NCBI GenBank assembly: GCA_963674965.2 | Contig: CAXXFL010000004.1 | Location: 128,001-192,000 of the forward strand | DNA: 64,000 nucleotides | From: a bacterium | Lineage (GTDB): Bacteria; RBG-13-61-14; DATKZS01 | Reading direction: 5' to 3' | Part shown: positions 1 to 9,820 of the stretch, piece after piece | How positions within the stretch are numbered: the stretch's first letter is position 1 | How the letters are laid out: each line of letters starts with the position of its first letter | Made by a program: the position numbers and the translations under genes | The notes under the pieces: model-generated | The model's database searches: none | What the model was told of the DNA's origin: nothing | The model's input: the letters and a program-made list of their open reading frames with translations, nothing else

Positions 1-2
1 GC

Positions 3-761
3 CTCGATCTTGAACCGGTCTTTCAATATTCCCAGGCACTTCTCGTCCTCGCCCGGACCCACGCGGATGACCACCACGTCGGCCCCGCTCCCGATCAGAT
101 CGTCCATGCCCCCCTCCTTGATGATCTGTCCTCGGTAGATGATGCCGATTCGGTCGCAGATAAGCTCCATCTCCCCGAGAAGGTGGCTGGACAGGAGGAT
201 GGTCGTTCCCTCCTCGCTCCGTATCCGACGGATGAGGTTTCGAACCTCCCGCATGCCCTGCGGGTCCAGACCGTTGGTGGGCTCGTCCAATATTAGCAGG
301 CGCGGCTTGTGCATAAGGGCCAGGCCAATGCCCAGCCGCTGCCGCATTCCCTGCGAGTATCCCTTGACCTTGTGGTCACCCCTTCGGCCCAGTCCCACCA
401 GCTCGAGGGTCTCCTGAATGCGGCCCTCATCCACTCCGCCCGAGAGCCGCCCGAAGAGACGAAGGTTCCTTCTTCCCGACATGTAAGGGTAAAAGGCCGG
501 GCCCTCGACCAGGGCCCCCACGTTGCGGATGGCTTCCCGGAAACGCTTTTTAACGCCGATCCCGAAAATCCTGGCCTCTCCGGCCGAGGGCTCGATGAGG
601 CCGAGCATCATGCGGATGGAGGTGGTCTTGCCGGCGCCGTTGGGTCCGATGAAACCGTAGACGTCTCCCTCATTCACCTTGAGCGACAGGTCCTTGACGG
701 CCTGCACTTCGCCGAAACGCTTGGATATATGGCTGGCCTCGAGGGCGGGCGCGTTGGACAT
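3..761 (-). CDS. ABC transporter ATP-binding protein (drug/lantibiotic-exporter type), runs off window start
   Basis: Manual translation from ATG 761: MSNAPALEASHISKRFGEVQAV..., Walker A GPNGAGKT, signature YSQGMRQR, Walker B LILDEPTNGLD, H-loop LSSH. Absent from the ORF track because its stop lies outside the window. Confidence 0.9.
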   Translation of the reverse strand, partial: MSNAPALEASHISKRFGEVQAVKDLSLKVNEGDVYGFIGPNGAGKTTSIRMMLGLIEPSAGEARIFGIGVKKRFREAIRNVGALVEGPAFYPYMSGRRNLRLFGRLSGGVDEGRIQETLELVGLGRRGDHKVKGYSQGMRQRLGIGLALMHKPRLLILDEPTNGLDPQGMREVRNLIRRIRSEEGTTILLSSHLLGEMELICDRIGIIYRGQIIKEGGMDDLIGSGADVVVIRVGPGEDEKCLGILKDRFKIE

Positions 762-892
762 GAGATACTCCTCGCGGATTAAACAATAAAAATCGAATCC
801 CTCACCTAGATGTTACATAACGATCGCTATGGATTCAATCAAGACGGATTCAGCCCGACGGGTCGCCGGTTCAAAACGGTCCCATCAGCCGA

Positions 893-2086
893 CTAGGGAA
901 GAGGAGCGGGAGGCGGCTCGCCCACCCACAAGTCCTCGGGGGGTGTCCATTTCCTCCACTCCGGATGCTGGTGTATCTCGACGGCGACCTTGATCATGGC
1001 CATGGCTCCATGAATATTGTTCGCCTTCTCCTGGTCGAGGAAATACACGTTGTAGGCCCAGAATATGGGCGACAAGGTCCCGCGGTGGGGTTGGAGGGCC
1101 CTGGTGGCCGCGCCCGTGCCGACCTCGACGGTAAAGGGCAGGAGGCCGTAGCGATGGTAAAGGTAATCGTCCATGTCGCCCAGGGTGGGATAAAGAAACA
1201 TGGCCGGCTCGACCTCGTAGGGGTCGAACTGCTCCGCCTCGTAGGCGTCGCCAAGGCGCTTGAAAAGCTCGTCGTCCGGCGTCGGCTCGATCTCCGTGCC
1301 CGGCGGATACAAAATCAACCCGCCCGTGGTGTGGTAATTGAGCGAGAGCAGGATATCGCGCTCGTCAATAAAACGGATGATCGCCGCCGTCTCCGGCTCG
1401 CTTAAGGGGAAGGGACCGCGATGGGTCTGAGACAGTTTGTTGGGGGAGCCGGCCGAGTTCTTCATCCTGGCCGGAGCGTCGCCCGGATAGGGGAAGTTCC
1501 TGTTCAGGTCCACCCCGTTCGCGTTCTTGCGGATGAAGGTGGTCACGCCCCACTTGCTCTGCATGTTGGCGGCCTTGGCCATGCCGTCGGGATTCAATAC
1601 GGGAATGAAATATATGTCCGCCGAGTCGCAGGTCCAGGTGGCGGTGGGATCGTCGCCGTATTTCCCGGCCAGATACTCGAGAAGGCCGATGACCATCTGC
1701 CCGGCCGCCATCTCGTGGGCGTGAATGTTGCCCGAGACCAGGATTTCCGGCTTGCCGCTCCCGCCGGTGGAAAGCTTGATGTACCGAAGGTCCCAGCCCC
1801 CGACGCTCGTCCCGTAGGTCCCGCCGCTAAGAAGATCGGGGTGTTCCTTCAGGAGCTCGTCCATCACCGCCTCCATCTCCCCCATGGTCCAGTAGGGGCG
1901 GAGCTTTTTATGCTTGTCCGCCCGGGCGGCCCTGGCCTCCTCTTTCTCCTTTTGCTTTTTTTCCTTCTCGATCTTTTTCAAATGTTCCCTGATCTCTTTC
2001 GAGTAGCGCCGGGCCGCCGGGGCCTCGGACGCGTACAAGCCTATCGCTACCGTTAACAGCGCCGCCATGAAAAATCTCAAATACAT
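893..2086 (-). CDS. Secreted M14 family zinc carboxypeptidase
   Basis: Signal peptide, HAHE zinc motif, RKNANGVDLNRNF, NYH, FTVEVG catalytic Glu. Confidence 0.88.
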   Translation of the reverse strand: MYLRFFMAALLTVAIGLYASEAPAARRYSKEIREHLKKIEKEKKQKEKEEARAARADKHKKLRPYWTMGEMEAVMDELLKEHPDLLSGGTYGTSVGGWDLRYIKLSTGGSGKPEILVSGNIHAHEMAAGQMVIGLLEYLAGKYGDDPTATWTCDSADIYFIPVLNPDGMAKAANMQSKWGVTTFIRKNANGVDLNRNFPYPGDAPARMKNSAGSPNKLSQTHRGPFPLSEPETAAIIRFIDERDILLSLNYHTTGGLILYPPGTEIEPTPDDELFKRLGDAYEAEQFDPYEVEPAMFLYPTLGDMDDYLYHRYGLLPFTVEVGTGAATRALQPHRGTLSPIFWAYNVYFLDQEKANNIHGAMAMIKVAVEIHQHPEWRKWTPPEDLWVGEPPPAPLP

Positions 2087-2133
2087 CTCGCTTCCTTGTC
2101 TTAATCCCTTTTACCCGCGAGGCCGGCGCCCGT

Positions 2134-3849
2134 TCACGCTTTACGCTTGGGCATGACCCCCGCCTTTTCGGCGTCGAAAACGTCCTCCGGCAACCCCAGC
2201 TTTTGCAGCTCGCTCTTTATCACCCTGTGGGTGCCGGTCTTGGGCAGGTCCTTTACGAACCGCCAGTAACGGGGCACCGCGAAGTAAGCCAGCTTGTCCT
2301 CCAGGAACTCGATAAGCTCCCCGGGCTCGACGCTCTTGCCCTCGACCAGGACCAGGCAGGCCATGATGTCCTCCTCCCCTAGATCGCTGGGAACCCCGTA
2401 TACCGCGGCCTCCTGAACCGCCGGGTGCTTGAGTATCTCGACCTCGACCTCGTAGGTCGAAACGTTCTCCCCCCGGCGCCGCATGCTCTCCGAGTCGCGG
2501 CCCACGAAATAGAAATAACCCTTTTCGTCCTGATATACAAAATCTCCCGTCCGAATCCAGCCGGACTTGACCTTCTTGCCCGTGGCGTCGTCGTTACGGA
2601 AATACTCGACCGAGCCGTCGCTTTTCGATTTGCCCTTCCTGGCCTCGAGAAGCAGCTCGCCCCGCTCGCCGGGCGGAACGTCGTTCCAGTCCTCGTCCAC
2701 CACCCGGACCTTTATGCCAAGCGGCTTGCCTATCGAGCCCTTCGGGGCGTTGCCGATGTTCATGAGCATGCCTCCGCCCCCGTCCACCGCGCCGTAGCCC
2801 TCCCAAATCTCGACGCCGAAGCGCTCCTCGAAGCCGGCCCACAACTCCGCCGGGCAGGCGCTGGTCACGATACGGTTCACGTGATGATCGCGGTCGTTGG
2901 GCTTCGCCGGCTGCTTCATCAGGATGGGGATCATGGCCCCCAGCAGGTTGAAGGTAGTGGCCTTGTAGAACCTGACCCGGTCCCAGTAGCCGCTGGCCGA
3001 GAACTTCTTGTCGAGCGCCACGGCCGCCCCTCCAGCCAGCGCCGTGGTCGAGGTGACGAAAAGGGCGTTGGCGTGATAAAGAGGAAGGCACGTGTACATT
3101 ATATCGTCCTCATCGATCATGGTCTTGGCCAGGGCCTGGACCAGGGTGAAGGTCGAGTCCCCATGCCGGTACACGACGCCCTTGGGAAGGCCCGTGGTCC
3201 CCGACGTGTACATGAGGACCGCCAGGTCGCCCGCCTCCGGCTTATAAGGCGGAGCGATGAGAGGCAGCTTCTCGTCATAGAATCCGGACAATAAGTAACC
3301 TCCCTCCGGCGTTCTCTCAGGAGGGGCCTCCTCCACGTCGTCGATAATCACGCTTTTCAGGCCCGGGACCCTGTCCCTAATCTTCTCCACGAACTCGGCC
3401 AGGGAGGGATGGACCACCATGTACTTGACCGCGGAGTTGTTCAGGATGTGAGCCAGGCCGTCGCCCCGAAGGGAAGTGTTGGTCGGAACCGCGTACATGC
3501 CCATCTTCTGCGTCGCGAAAATCACGTCGAAATAGGCCGGCTTGTTGTCCGTCATGATGGCCAGACCGTCACGGGGGACCGCGCCGATGGACATAAGTCC
3601 CTGGGCCACCCGGTTGGCGTTAAGGTTCATGTCGCGGAACGTGAACTGGTCGTCCCCGTAATAAAGGAATATCTTGTCCTTGTATTTGGCCGCCTGGCGC
3701 TCGAGTATCTCGGCCAGGTTGGCCTTGCTGGCCACGGACAGGCTTTTCTTCTTGAAGCTGTCGGCCAGGGTCTTGCCCAGGGTCCCGTATTGTATTTGCG
3801 TCGCCATTACGTTTTTGGCGAGCTTTCCCATAAACAGCGCCAGATTCAT
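2134..3849 (-). CDS. AMP-forming acyl-CoA synthetase (CaiC/long-chain-like)
   Basis: YTSGTTGLPKG, EGYG, RTGD, RRRGENVS, LPKT. Confidence 0.92.
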   Translation of the reverse strand: MNLALFMGKLAKNVMATQIQYGTLGKTLADSFKKKSLSVASKANLAEILERQAAKYKDKIFLYYGDDQFTFRDMNLNANRVAQGLMSIGAVPRDGLAIMTDNKPAYFDVIFATQKMGMYAVPTNTSLRGDGLAHILNNSAVKYMVVHPSLAEFVEKIRDRVPGLKSVIIDDVEEAPPERTPEGGYLLSGFYDEKLPLIAPPYKPEAGDLAVLMYTSGTTGLPKGVVYRHGDSTFTLVQALAKTMIDEDDIMYTCLPLYHANALFVTSTTALAGGAAVALDKKFSASGYWDRVRFYKATTFNLLGAMIPILMKQPAKPNDRDHHVNRIVTSACPAELWAGFEERFGVEIWEGYGAVDGGGGMLMNIGNAPKGSIGKPLGIKVRVVDEDWNDVPPGERGELLLEARKGKSKSDGSVEYFRNDDATGKKVKSGWIRTGDFVYQDEKGYFYFVGRDSESMRRRGENVSTYEVEVEILKHPAVQEAAVYGVPSDLGEEDIMACLVLVEGKSVEPGELIEFLEDKLAYFAVPRYWRFVKDLPKTGTHRVIKSELQKLGLPEDVFDAEKAGVMPKRKA

Positions 3850-3873
3850 AAGCTTACTCCTTTTGCCTTGACG

Positions 3874-4965
3874 TTATTGCTTCCCGATCAGTCCGTCCAC
3901 GATGGTCAGCCGCAGCCGGGAGGGAGACCCCAGAATTTCGGCCGCCTGCCGGGCGTCCCGGAGCCTTCTCTCCTGCGGGTACTCCTGGGTATAGCCGTAG
4001 CCGCCCAGGAGCTGGACCCCGTCCATGGCCGAGCGTATGGATACGTCGGCCGCCAGGATTTTCACGGCCATGGCCTCGTCCAGTCCGGCCCCGTTTCCGG
4101 CGGCCTGGATCATGGCCTGCCTGAGCGCCAGCCGCTCGGCGGCCATGGTCCCGTACATGGCGCGAAGCCCCGAGTGCTCGTGAATCATCTTCCCGCCCTG
4201 GAACCTTTCCATGCCGTACTCGATGGCGTAATCCATGGACGCCTTGAGCGTTCCCAGGCTTATGCCGGCGGCCGCGGCCATGAACTTCCCGTGCAGGGCC
4301 TCGAGGCTTTTCTCTCCCGCCATGAGAAGCGCCCCGGCCGTGACCTTCAAGTCCACGAAGTCCACGTGTCCAACCGGGCAGGAGCGAAGTCCGAGCATCT
4401 CCGACGGGGCCGGGCGAAGCTCGTCGCCGAGCTCGGCGGCGAACAGGGCGACTTCCCCCTCCAGGTCGGCGGCCACGACCGCCAGCTTGGCCGCGGGCGC
4501 GTTGGCCACCATCCGGGCCAGGCCGGACAGAACGTAGCCGCCGCCGTCCTTGATCGCGCTCGGGATTCCTTGCGGGTCGTCGGCCTGAAGATAGAGCGGA
4601 TAGGCGAGCGGGTCCTCCGAGCCGGACCCCAGGAAGGCGTCCCGAATCTCGGCCGAGCCGCCCCCCGCCAGGGCCTCCACCGCCAGGGCGTGGGCCAGAA
4701 GCCCGGCCGCGAACCCCGCGTCCACCTCGGCCACCTTCTCCAGCACCAGGGCCCAAACCCCCGCGGGCAGGCCGACGCCCCCGAAATCCTCGGGCGCCGC
4801 GAGCATGGTGAGCCCCGCGTCAAAGGCCCCCTTCATGGCGCCCCGGGCGTAATCGCCGTAGGGATACTCGTCATGCTCGTAAACGCTCTCGCGCAACTCA
4901 CGGTCGGCGAATTTCTCGGCCGTGTCCAGTATCGCCTTTATTGTCTCGTCGTCGCGGCATATCAT
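3874..4965 (-). CDS. Acyl-CoA dehydrogenase family protein, apparently lacking the catalytic Glu
   Basis: PEDFGG, MLGLRS, ERFQGGKMI, QLLGGYGY, RRLRDA; the IYEGT motif is replaced by EILGS. Confidence 0.85.
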   Translation of the reverse strand: MICRDDETIKAILDTAEKFADRELRESVYEHDEYPYGDYARGAMKGAFDAGLTMLAAPEDFGGVGLPAGVWALVLEKVAEVDAGFAAGLLAHALAVEALAGGGSAEIRDAFLGSGSEDPLAYPLYLQADDPQGIPSAIKDGGGYVLSGLARMVANAPAAKLAVVAADLEGEVALFAAELGDELRPAPSEMLGLRSCPVGHVDFVDLKVTAGALLMAGEKSLEALHGKFMAAAAGISLGTLKASMDYAIEYGMERFQGGKMIHEHSGLRAMYGTMAAERLALRQAMIQAAGNGAGLDEAMAVKILAADVSIRSAMDGVQLLGGYGYTQEYPQERRLRDARQAAEILGSPSRLRLTIVDGLIGKQ

Positions 4966-4974
4966 GTCTTACTC

Positions 4975-6414
4975 CTACATGGTGGTGTTGCGGGCGATCA
5001 AGCTGTCCCAGACGTGTTTCCGGTTGATCTGGTTGGTCCCCTCGTAAATCTGGAGCAGCTTGGCGTCGCGGAAATACTTCTCCACCCCCGAGGCCTGCTC
5101 GAGGCCCGAGGCGCCGCATATTTCCATGGCCAGGTTGGCGTTCTTCATCGCCAGGTCCGTGGCCATGTACTTGGCGGCGGAGGAATGGGCCTGGCCCCGC
5201 TGCCTTCGCCTCAGCTCGATCGAGCCCAGGGCGCCGTTGAATATTCTGGTCATGATCCTGGACCTGGCGATCCCCTGGAAGGGACTCGACATCAGCACGG
5301 CCTCGGGGGACAGCGCCTGCATCCAGACCATGGCCGGATTGGAAAGAAGGCTCATGAGGCCGTTAACCTCCTCGCACATCCCCGCCGAAAGATATAGCGC
5401 CCGACCGATCATGACGTTGGCCAGCATGTCCGCCAGTATCTGCTGCACCCACTGCTCGTCGATCAGGAAACGGCCCTTGAAGCGGGTGGTCCTGGCCGTC
5501 TCGACCGCCTTCTCGTAGGCCCCCCTGGCGCAGCCGACGCCGATGGCGGCCACCCCCACCCTCGAGGCCCCCAGCACGAAAAGGATGCGCTCGAAAAAGT
5601 CCCTGGTGTCCGTGACGATGGTGTTCTCCGCGGGAACGAAGCAGTCCTCGAACGTGAGCATCGAGGCCGGGCAGGCACGCTGGCCCATCTTATGCTCGTG
5701 CTTGACCATCTCGAAGCCCTTGTCGCCGGTCCTGACCATGGCCCCGATCCCGGTGTTGAGCGGGTCCTTGGTGTCCTTGTAGGCGCTCACCATGTGCCAG
5801 GTGGCGAAGTGGCCGGTCGAGATGAATATCTTGGTCCCGTTAATGAGGTAGCCGCCGTCAACTTTTTCCGCCGACGTATAAACCCGCGCCGAATGCATGG
5901 CGTGCTCGTCCTCCACGTCCGAGCCCGCGCTGGGCTCGGTGTGGGCCGCGCTCATCAAGATCGGCTCGCCCCGCTTCTCGCCATCCACGATCTCCTGGCT
6001 GATGCGGCCGAGAAGCTCGAGGTTCATGCCCGCGGCCATGCCGGAAAATCCCAGGTAATGGGCGCCGATTATGTTGGCCAAGCCCGTGCACGCGGCGCAC
6101 ATTTCCTCGAACATGAAGCAAAGCTCGAAGACGTCTCCTCCCCCGCCCCCGAACATGGGAGGAATTACAACCGAGAGCATCCTTTCCTCGGCCGCGCGGC
6201 GGCAGAAGTCCCAACAAAGGTAGTCGTGGTCCTCGCGGGACTTCCTGTCCACCTCGAGGGCGATCGGGCGGATGAAACGGTCAGAAAAGGAACGGAAACG
6301 CTCCACCGACTTCTCGTAACGCCTGACCCTTAAAGGATGAGTCCCGCGCATGGCCGCCAAAATGGGATAGGCGTCGTCGAAACTCATGTCCATGGGATCG
6401 ATATATCCCGTCAT
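4975..6414 (-). CDS. Acyl-CoA dehydrogenase
   Basis: TEPSAGSD, NGTKIFIS, HKMGQRA, RDAKLLQIYEGTNQI. Confidence 0.92.
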   Translation of the reverse strand: MTGYIDPMDMSFDDAYPILAAMRGTHPLRVRRYEKSVERFRSFSDRFIRPIALEVDRKSREDHDYLCWDFCRRAAEERMLSVVIPPMFGGGGGDVFELCFMFEEMCAACTGLANIIGAHYLGFSGMAAGMNLELLGRISQEIVDGEKRGEPILMSAAHTEPSAGSDVEDEHAMHSARVYTSAEKVDGGYLINGTKIFISTGHFATWHMVSAYKDTKDPLNTGIGAMVRTGDKGFEMVKHEHKMGQRACPASMLTFEDCFVPAENTIVTDTRDFFERILFVLGASRVGVAAIGVGCARGAYEKAVETARTTRFKGRFLIDEQWVQQILADMLANVMIGRALYLSAGMCEEVNGLMSLLSNPAMVWMQALSPEAVLMSSPFQGIARSRIMTRIFNGALGSIELRRRQRGQAHSSAAKYMATDLAMKNANLAMEICGASGLEQASGVEKYFRDAKLLQIYEGTNQINRKHVWDSLIARNTTM

Positions 6415-6644
6415 TGATTCCCCCCCCTGTTCGATAGATGAAAGTGAAATCTAACGATTTCCAAATAACGGCTGTTAAACGACGGTCTCTACTTCTATCA
6501 GGATGAAGACAAATAATCAATATCAACTCATGTTTTTTTTATAAAGAGAAAGACCGAGGCTTCCGATAAATCGAACTGCCCCGTCATTATCCGGGACGGC
6601 GGGCGTTGAAAAGGTGGCCGAATATTGGTACTTAATCAACTATA

Positions 6645-6881
6645 TCAAATACTTAACTCCGGAGAGGCGCCGGGTTTTCGCTTCTTCTTCATTGGGCAGT
6701 TTTTATGATCGGCCCTTTCCTCACCGTTTTTATCGACCGATAAAGAGCAGCCCGAACAACCCGAGCAAGGGTCTTTGCCCTCGTTCTTGATGGACGATCG
6801 CGCCGAAAAGAAAAGGTACGCGGCGGCAACGGCTACTATGACGAGTACTATTATGGTTTCCCACACTCGGCTACACCTCAT
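6645..6881 (-). CDS. FeoB-associated Cys-rich small membrane protein (78 aa; start could be slightly later)
   Basis: ATG 3 nt after the feoB stop; one TM helix (WETIIVLVIVAVAAAYLFF) then CSGCSGC...C. It is the tail of shadow ORF 6645..7787. Confidence 0.8.
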   Translation of the reverse strand: MRCSRVWETIIVLVIVAVAAAYLFFSARSSIKNEGKDPCSGCSGCSLSVDKNGEERADHKNCPMKKKRKPGASPELSI

Positions 6882-6883
6882 AT

Positions 6884-9007
6884 TTACGACAGGCCCAAAA
6901 GTTTTCCTCCCCACCAGACCGCCGCCGACGCCAGGTAGGCCGCGGTGGTGGTGGAGACAAGCATGAGGGCGGCCCATTTCCACGAGCCCAACTCCCGATA
7001 AGTGACGGCCACGGTGGCCATGCAGGGAGCGTAGAGGAGCACGAAGACCATCATGGCGTAGGCCCGCAGCGGGGAGAAGAAGGGGTCGGCCCGAAGCACG
7101 GCCCGCAAATCTCCCTTCTCGCCGCCGCTCTCTCCCAAGCTGTACAATGTGCTCATGGTGGAGACGACAATTTCCTTGGCCGCGAAACCGGCGAAAAGGG
7201 ATACGCCCACCTTCCAGTCGCCAAGGCCCGCCGGCTCGAGGACCGCGGCAATGCCCCGGCCGATGGTACCGGCGTAGCTGTTCTCCATCTTTTCCCTTTG
7301 CGCCGCGAGCTTTACCTCCTCCGGGGCCGACTCGAGGCCGCCGGCCTCGGCCAGGGCCTTCTCGATCTCGGGCGAGTACCGGGTCTGGCGCGGGAAATTG
7401 GAGAGGAACCACACCACCAGGGACATGGCCAGGATGATGGTGCCCGCCTTTTTTGTGTACATCCAGGCCCTCTCCCACATGTGGAGGGCCACGCTCTTGA
7501 GAGTGGGCACGCGGTAGGGCGGAAGCTCCATCACGAAGGGAGTGGGCGGCCCCTTCACCACGTAGGTCCTGAGAAGCTTGGCCATGACCATGGCCACCAC
7601 CACGCCAAGTATATACAGGGAGAACACCACGTTGCCCGCCCTGGCCGGCGGGAAGAAGGCCCCCGCCAGGAGCACGTAAACGGGAAGCCTGGCGCTGCAG
7701 CTTATAAACGGGCAGACCAGCACCGTGGTGATCCGGTCCCTTTCGTTCTCGAGTATGCGAGCGCCCATGATGGCTGGAACGTTGCACCCGAAGCCCAGGA
7801 ACATGGGTATGAAGCTCTTGCCGTGAAGACCCACCAGGTGCATGACCCTGTCCACTATAAAGGCGGCCCTGGCCATGTATCCCGAGTCCTCCATGATCGA
7901 GACCATGAGGAAAAGGATCACGATGTTGGGAAGGAAAACCATCACCCCGCCCACCCCGGCTATGGCCCCGTCAACCAGAAGCGATGACAGCATGCCGCCC
8001 GGCAAAGCGGCCGCGACCGTCCCGCCCAGGGCGGAGAAGGCCGAGTCGATCAGGTCCATGAGGGGGGCCCCCAGGGTAAAGGTCGCCTCGAAGGTGAGCC
8101 ACATGAAAAACAGGAAGATGGGAAGACCCAGAACGCGGTTGGCCAGCACCGTGTCCACTTTGTCCGTCAGGGTGCGCCTTCCCTCGACGGTCAGGCTCAC
8201 GGCCTCGGACACGGCCCCATGCACGAAACCGTAGCGGGCGTCGGCCAGAAGTATCTCGGGGTCGTCGCCTATCAGCATCCTTACCCGCTCCTGCTCGGCG
8301 TGGGCCTTCTCGAGCACGGCCACCTCGCCGGCGTCTCCCATGAAATCGACCATCTCCCCGTCGCCCTCGAGGAGCTTGATGGCCAGCCAACGGGGGTCGT
8401 ACTTTCCCTGCTTTCCTCCTTTCTCGATCTCCCTTTGGATGCTCTCGACCGACCGGTCCAGCTCGGCGCCGAACCGAACGTCGGCCGAGGGAGGAGCGCC
8501 CTCGTCGGCGATTTCCATGACTTTATCCAGGAGCCGGTCCACTCCCTCCTCCCTGTATCCCACGGTGGGAACGATAGGTAACCCGAGAAGGGTCTCGAGA
8601 TGGCCGACGTCGATCTTTATGCCGCGCTTCTTCACCTCATCCATCATGTTGAAGGCGAGGATGAGCGGTATCTTCATGGCCATGAGCTGCACGGAGAGAT
8701 AAAGGTTTCGCTCGAGGTTGCCCGCGTCCACCACCTGCACCACCACGTCCAGGTCCTCGTCGAGCAGCGCCCGCCTGGCCACCAGTTCGTCCGGCGAATA
8801 GGCCGAAAGGCTGTAGGTGCCTGGCAGGTCGATAACGTGGATGGACCTTCCTTGATACTCGGCGTCTCCCTCTTTCCTCTCGACCGTCACTCCCGGGTAG
8901 TTGCCCACGTGCTGCCGGGCCCCGGTGAGGGCGTTGAAAATGGTGGTCTTTCCGGCGTTGGGATTTCCCGCCAGCGCCAGGGTGATATTTTTTTTACGGT
9001 CTTTCAT
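6884..9007 (-). CDS. feoB: Ferrous iron transporter B
   Basis: GNPNAGKT, VGNYPGVTVE, DLPGTYSL, NMMD, GFGCNVPA, SCSARLPVY, LYAPC. Confidence 0.97.
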   Translation of the reverse strand: MKDRKKNITLALAGNPNAGKTTIFNALTGARQHVGNYPGVTVERKEGDAEYQGRSIHVIDLPGTYSLSAYSPDELVARRALLDEDLDVVVQVVDAGNLERNLYLSVQLMAMKIPLILAFNMMDEVKKRGIKIDVGHLETLLGLPIVPTVGYREEGVDRLLDKVMEIADEGAPPSADVRFGAELDRSVESIQREIEKGGKQGKYDPRWLAIKLLEGDGEMVDFMGDAGEVAVLEKAHAEQERVRMLIGDDPEILLADARYGFVHGAVSEAVSLTVEGRRTLTDKVDTVLANRVLGLPIFLFFMWLTFEATFTLGAPLMDLIDSAFSALGGTVAAALPGGMLSSLLVDGAIAGVGGVMVFLPNIVILFLMVSIMEDSGYMARAAFIVDRVMHLVGLHGKSFIPMFLGFGCNVPAIMGARILENERDRITTVLVCPFISCSARLPVYVLLAGAFFPPARAGNVVFSLYILGVVVAMVMAKLLRTYVVKGPPTPFVMELPPYRVPTLKSVALHMWERAWMYTKKAGTIILAMSLVVWFLSNFPRQTRYSPEIEKALAEAGGLESAPEEVKLAAQREKMENSYAGTIGRGIAAVLEPAGLGDWKVGVSLFAGFAAKEIVVSTMSTLYSLGESGGEKGDLRAVLRADPFFSPLRAYAMMVFVLLYAPCMATVAVTYRELGSWKWAALMLVSTTTAAYLASAAVWWGGKLLGLS

Positions 9008-9036
9008 TCATTTCTCCGTTATTGGCCGCCCTATTA

Positions 9037-9050
9037 TTAGGATATCCTAA
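9037..9050. promoter_or_regulatory. DtxR/MntR/SirR-type operator (perfect palindrome TTAGGATATCCTAA) upstream of feoB
   Basis: 14-bp palindrome matching the TTAGGnnnnCCTAA family consensus; one of three copies in the locus. Confidence 0.8.
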
Positions 9051-9072
9051 CTATGGCGCCATAAAACAAAAC

Positions 9073-9315
9073 TCACTTCTCAAGAGGCTTTACCTCGATG
9101 CCATCGGCCTCGGACCTGCGGACGCTGAGATGATAACCCATGATGTAAATCTCGATCGGATCGCCAAGTGGAGCGACCCTTTCCACCTCGAGCCGGGCCC
9201 CCGGCACCACCCCCATCTCGATAAGACGCTTCTTGATCTCGCCGATGGCGCCTATCTTTTTAATTTCAGCCGCGCCGCCAACCGGCATCTCGCTGAGAGG
9301 CATGGTTGTTTCCAT
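9073..9315 (-). CDS. feoA: FeoA
   Basis: RLIEMGVVPG, APLGDPIEI, YHLSVRRSEA. Confidence 0.95.
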   Translation of the reverse strand: METTMPLSEMPVGGAAEIKKIGAIGEIKKRLIEMGVVPGARLEVERVAPLGDPIEIYIMGYHLSVRRSEADGIEVKPLEK

Positions 9316-9350
9316 CCGTTTTATCTCCTTAATATCAATCTCTTAAATCA

Positions 9351-9728
9351 TTACGGCAGATCGTCCACCATTATCTTGGCCGCCACGCCGCAGCCAAGCG
9401 AAAGTCTCGATCCCTTTACCTCGACGATCATGGGACCGCCGTGGTTTTCAAGCACGCGAACCTCGGAGCCGGGATACATGCCCATGGCCGTAAGCTTGCT
9501 TTCCATCTTTTTACCGCCCGAACTTCGAACTATTTTTACCTTTCTTCCCGGGGCCACCGAGCAAAGGGGAAAGGCGCTTCCCAGCCGCGCCCTGGGACAG
9601 GTCTTGCATTTCTCTTTTAGGTCGCCGATGACCGTAACGCTTCCTTTTCCGGAGCCGCTTGAAATCCCAGGCTCGGCCCCCGTCACCGGGCAGGTGAAAT
9701 TATCGTCAAATTGCTTTGAATGTTTCAT
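9351..9728 (-). CDS. feoA: FeoA with Cys-containing N-terminal extension
   Basis: C-terminal KLTAMGMYPGSEV...GPMIVEVKGSRLSLG; N-terminal CPVTG...CKTCP. Confidence 0.8.
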   Translation of the reverse strand: MKHSKQFDDNFTCPVTGAEPGISSGSGKGSVTVIGDLKEKCKTCPRARLGSAFPLCSVAPGRKVKIVRSSGGKKMESKLTAMGMYPGSEVRVLENHGGPMIVEVKGSRLSLGCGVAAKIMVDDLP

Positions 9729-9741
9729 CTTCGTCTTTCAG

Positions 9742-9755
9742 TTAGTATAACCTAA
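9742..9755. promoter_or_regulatory. DtxR-type operator TTAGTATAACCTAA upstream of first feoA
   Basis: Near-match to the 9037 palindrome; overlaps a minus-strand TATACT -10-like hexamer. Confidence 0.75.
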
Positions 9756-9820
9756 ATTTCCCTTAAATAAAATGGCCCGCCGCCGGGAATTTTTCCGTCG
9801 CCGGGACTGGCCGTTTTCAT

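Noticed and set aside
3409-5397. 662-aa plus-strand ORF and many other long antisense or alternate-frame ORFs (e.g. 52833..54431, 36835..38295, 12968..14368)
   Set aside because: Shadows of well-supported genes in high-GC DNA; no motifs and atypical composition.
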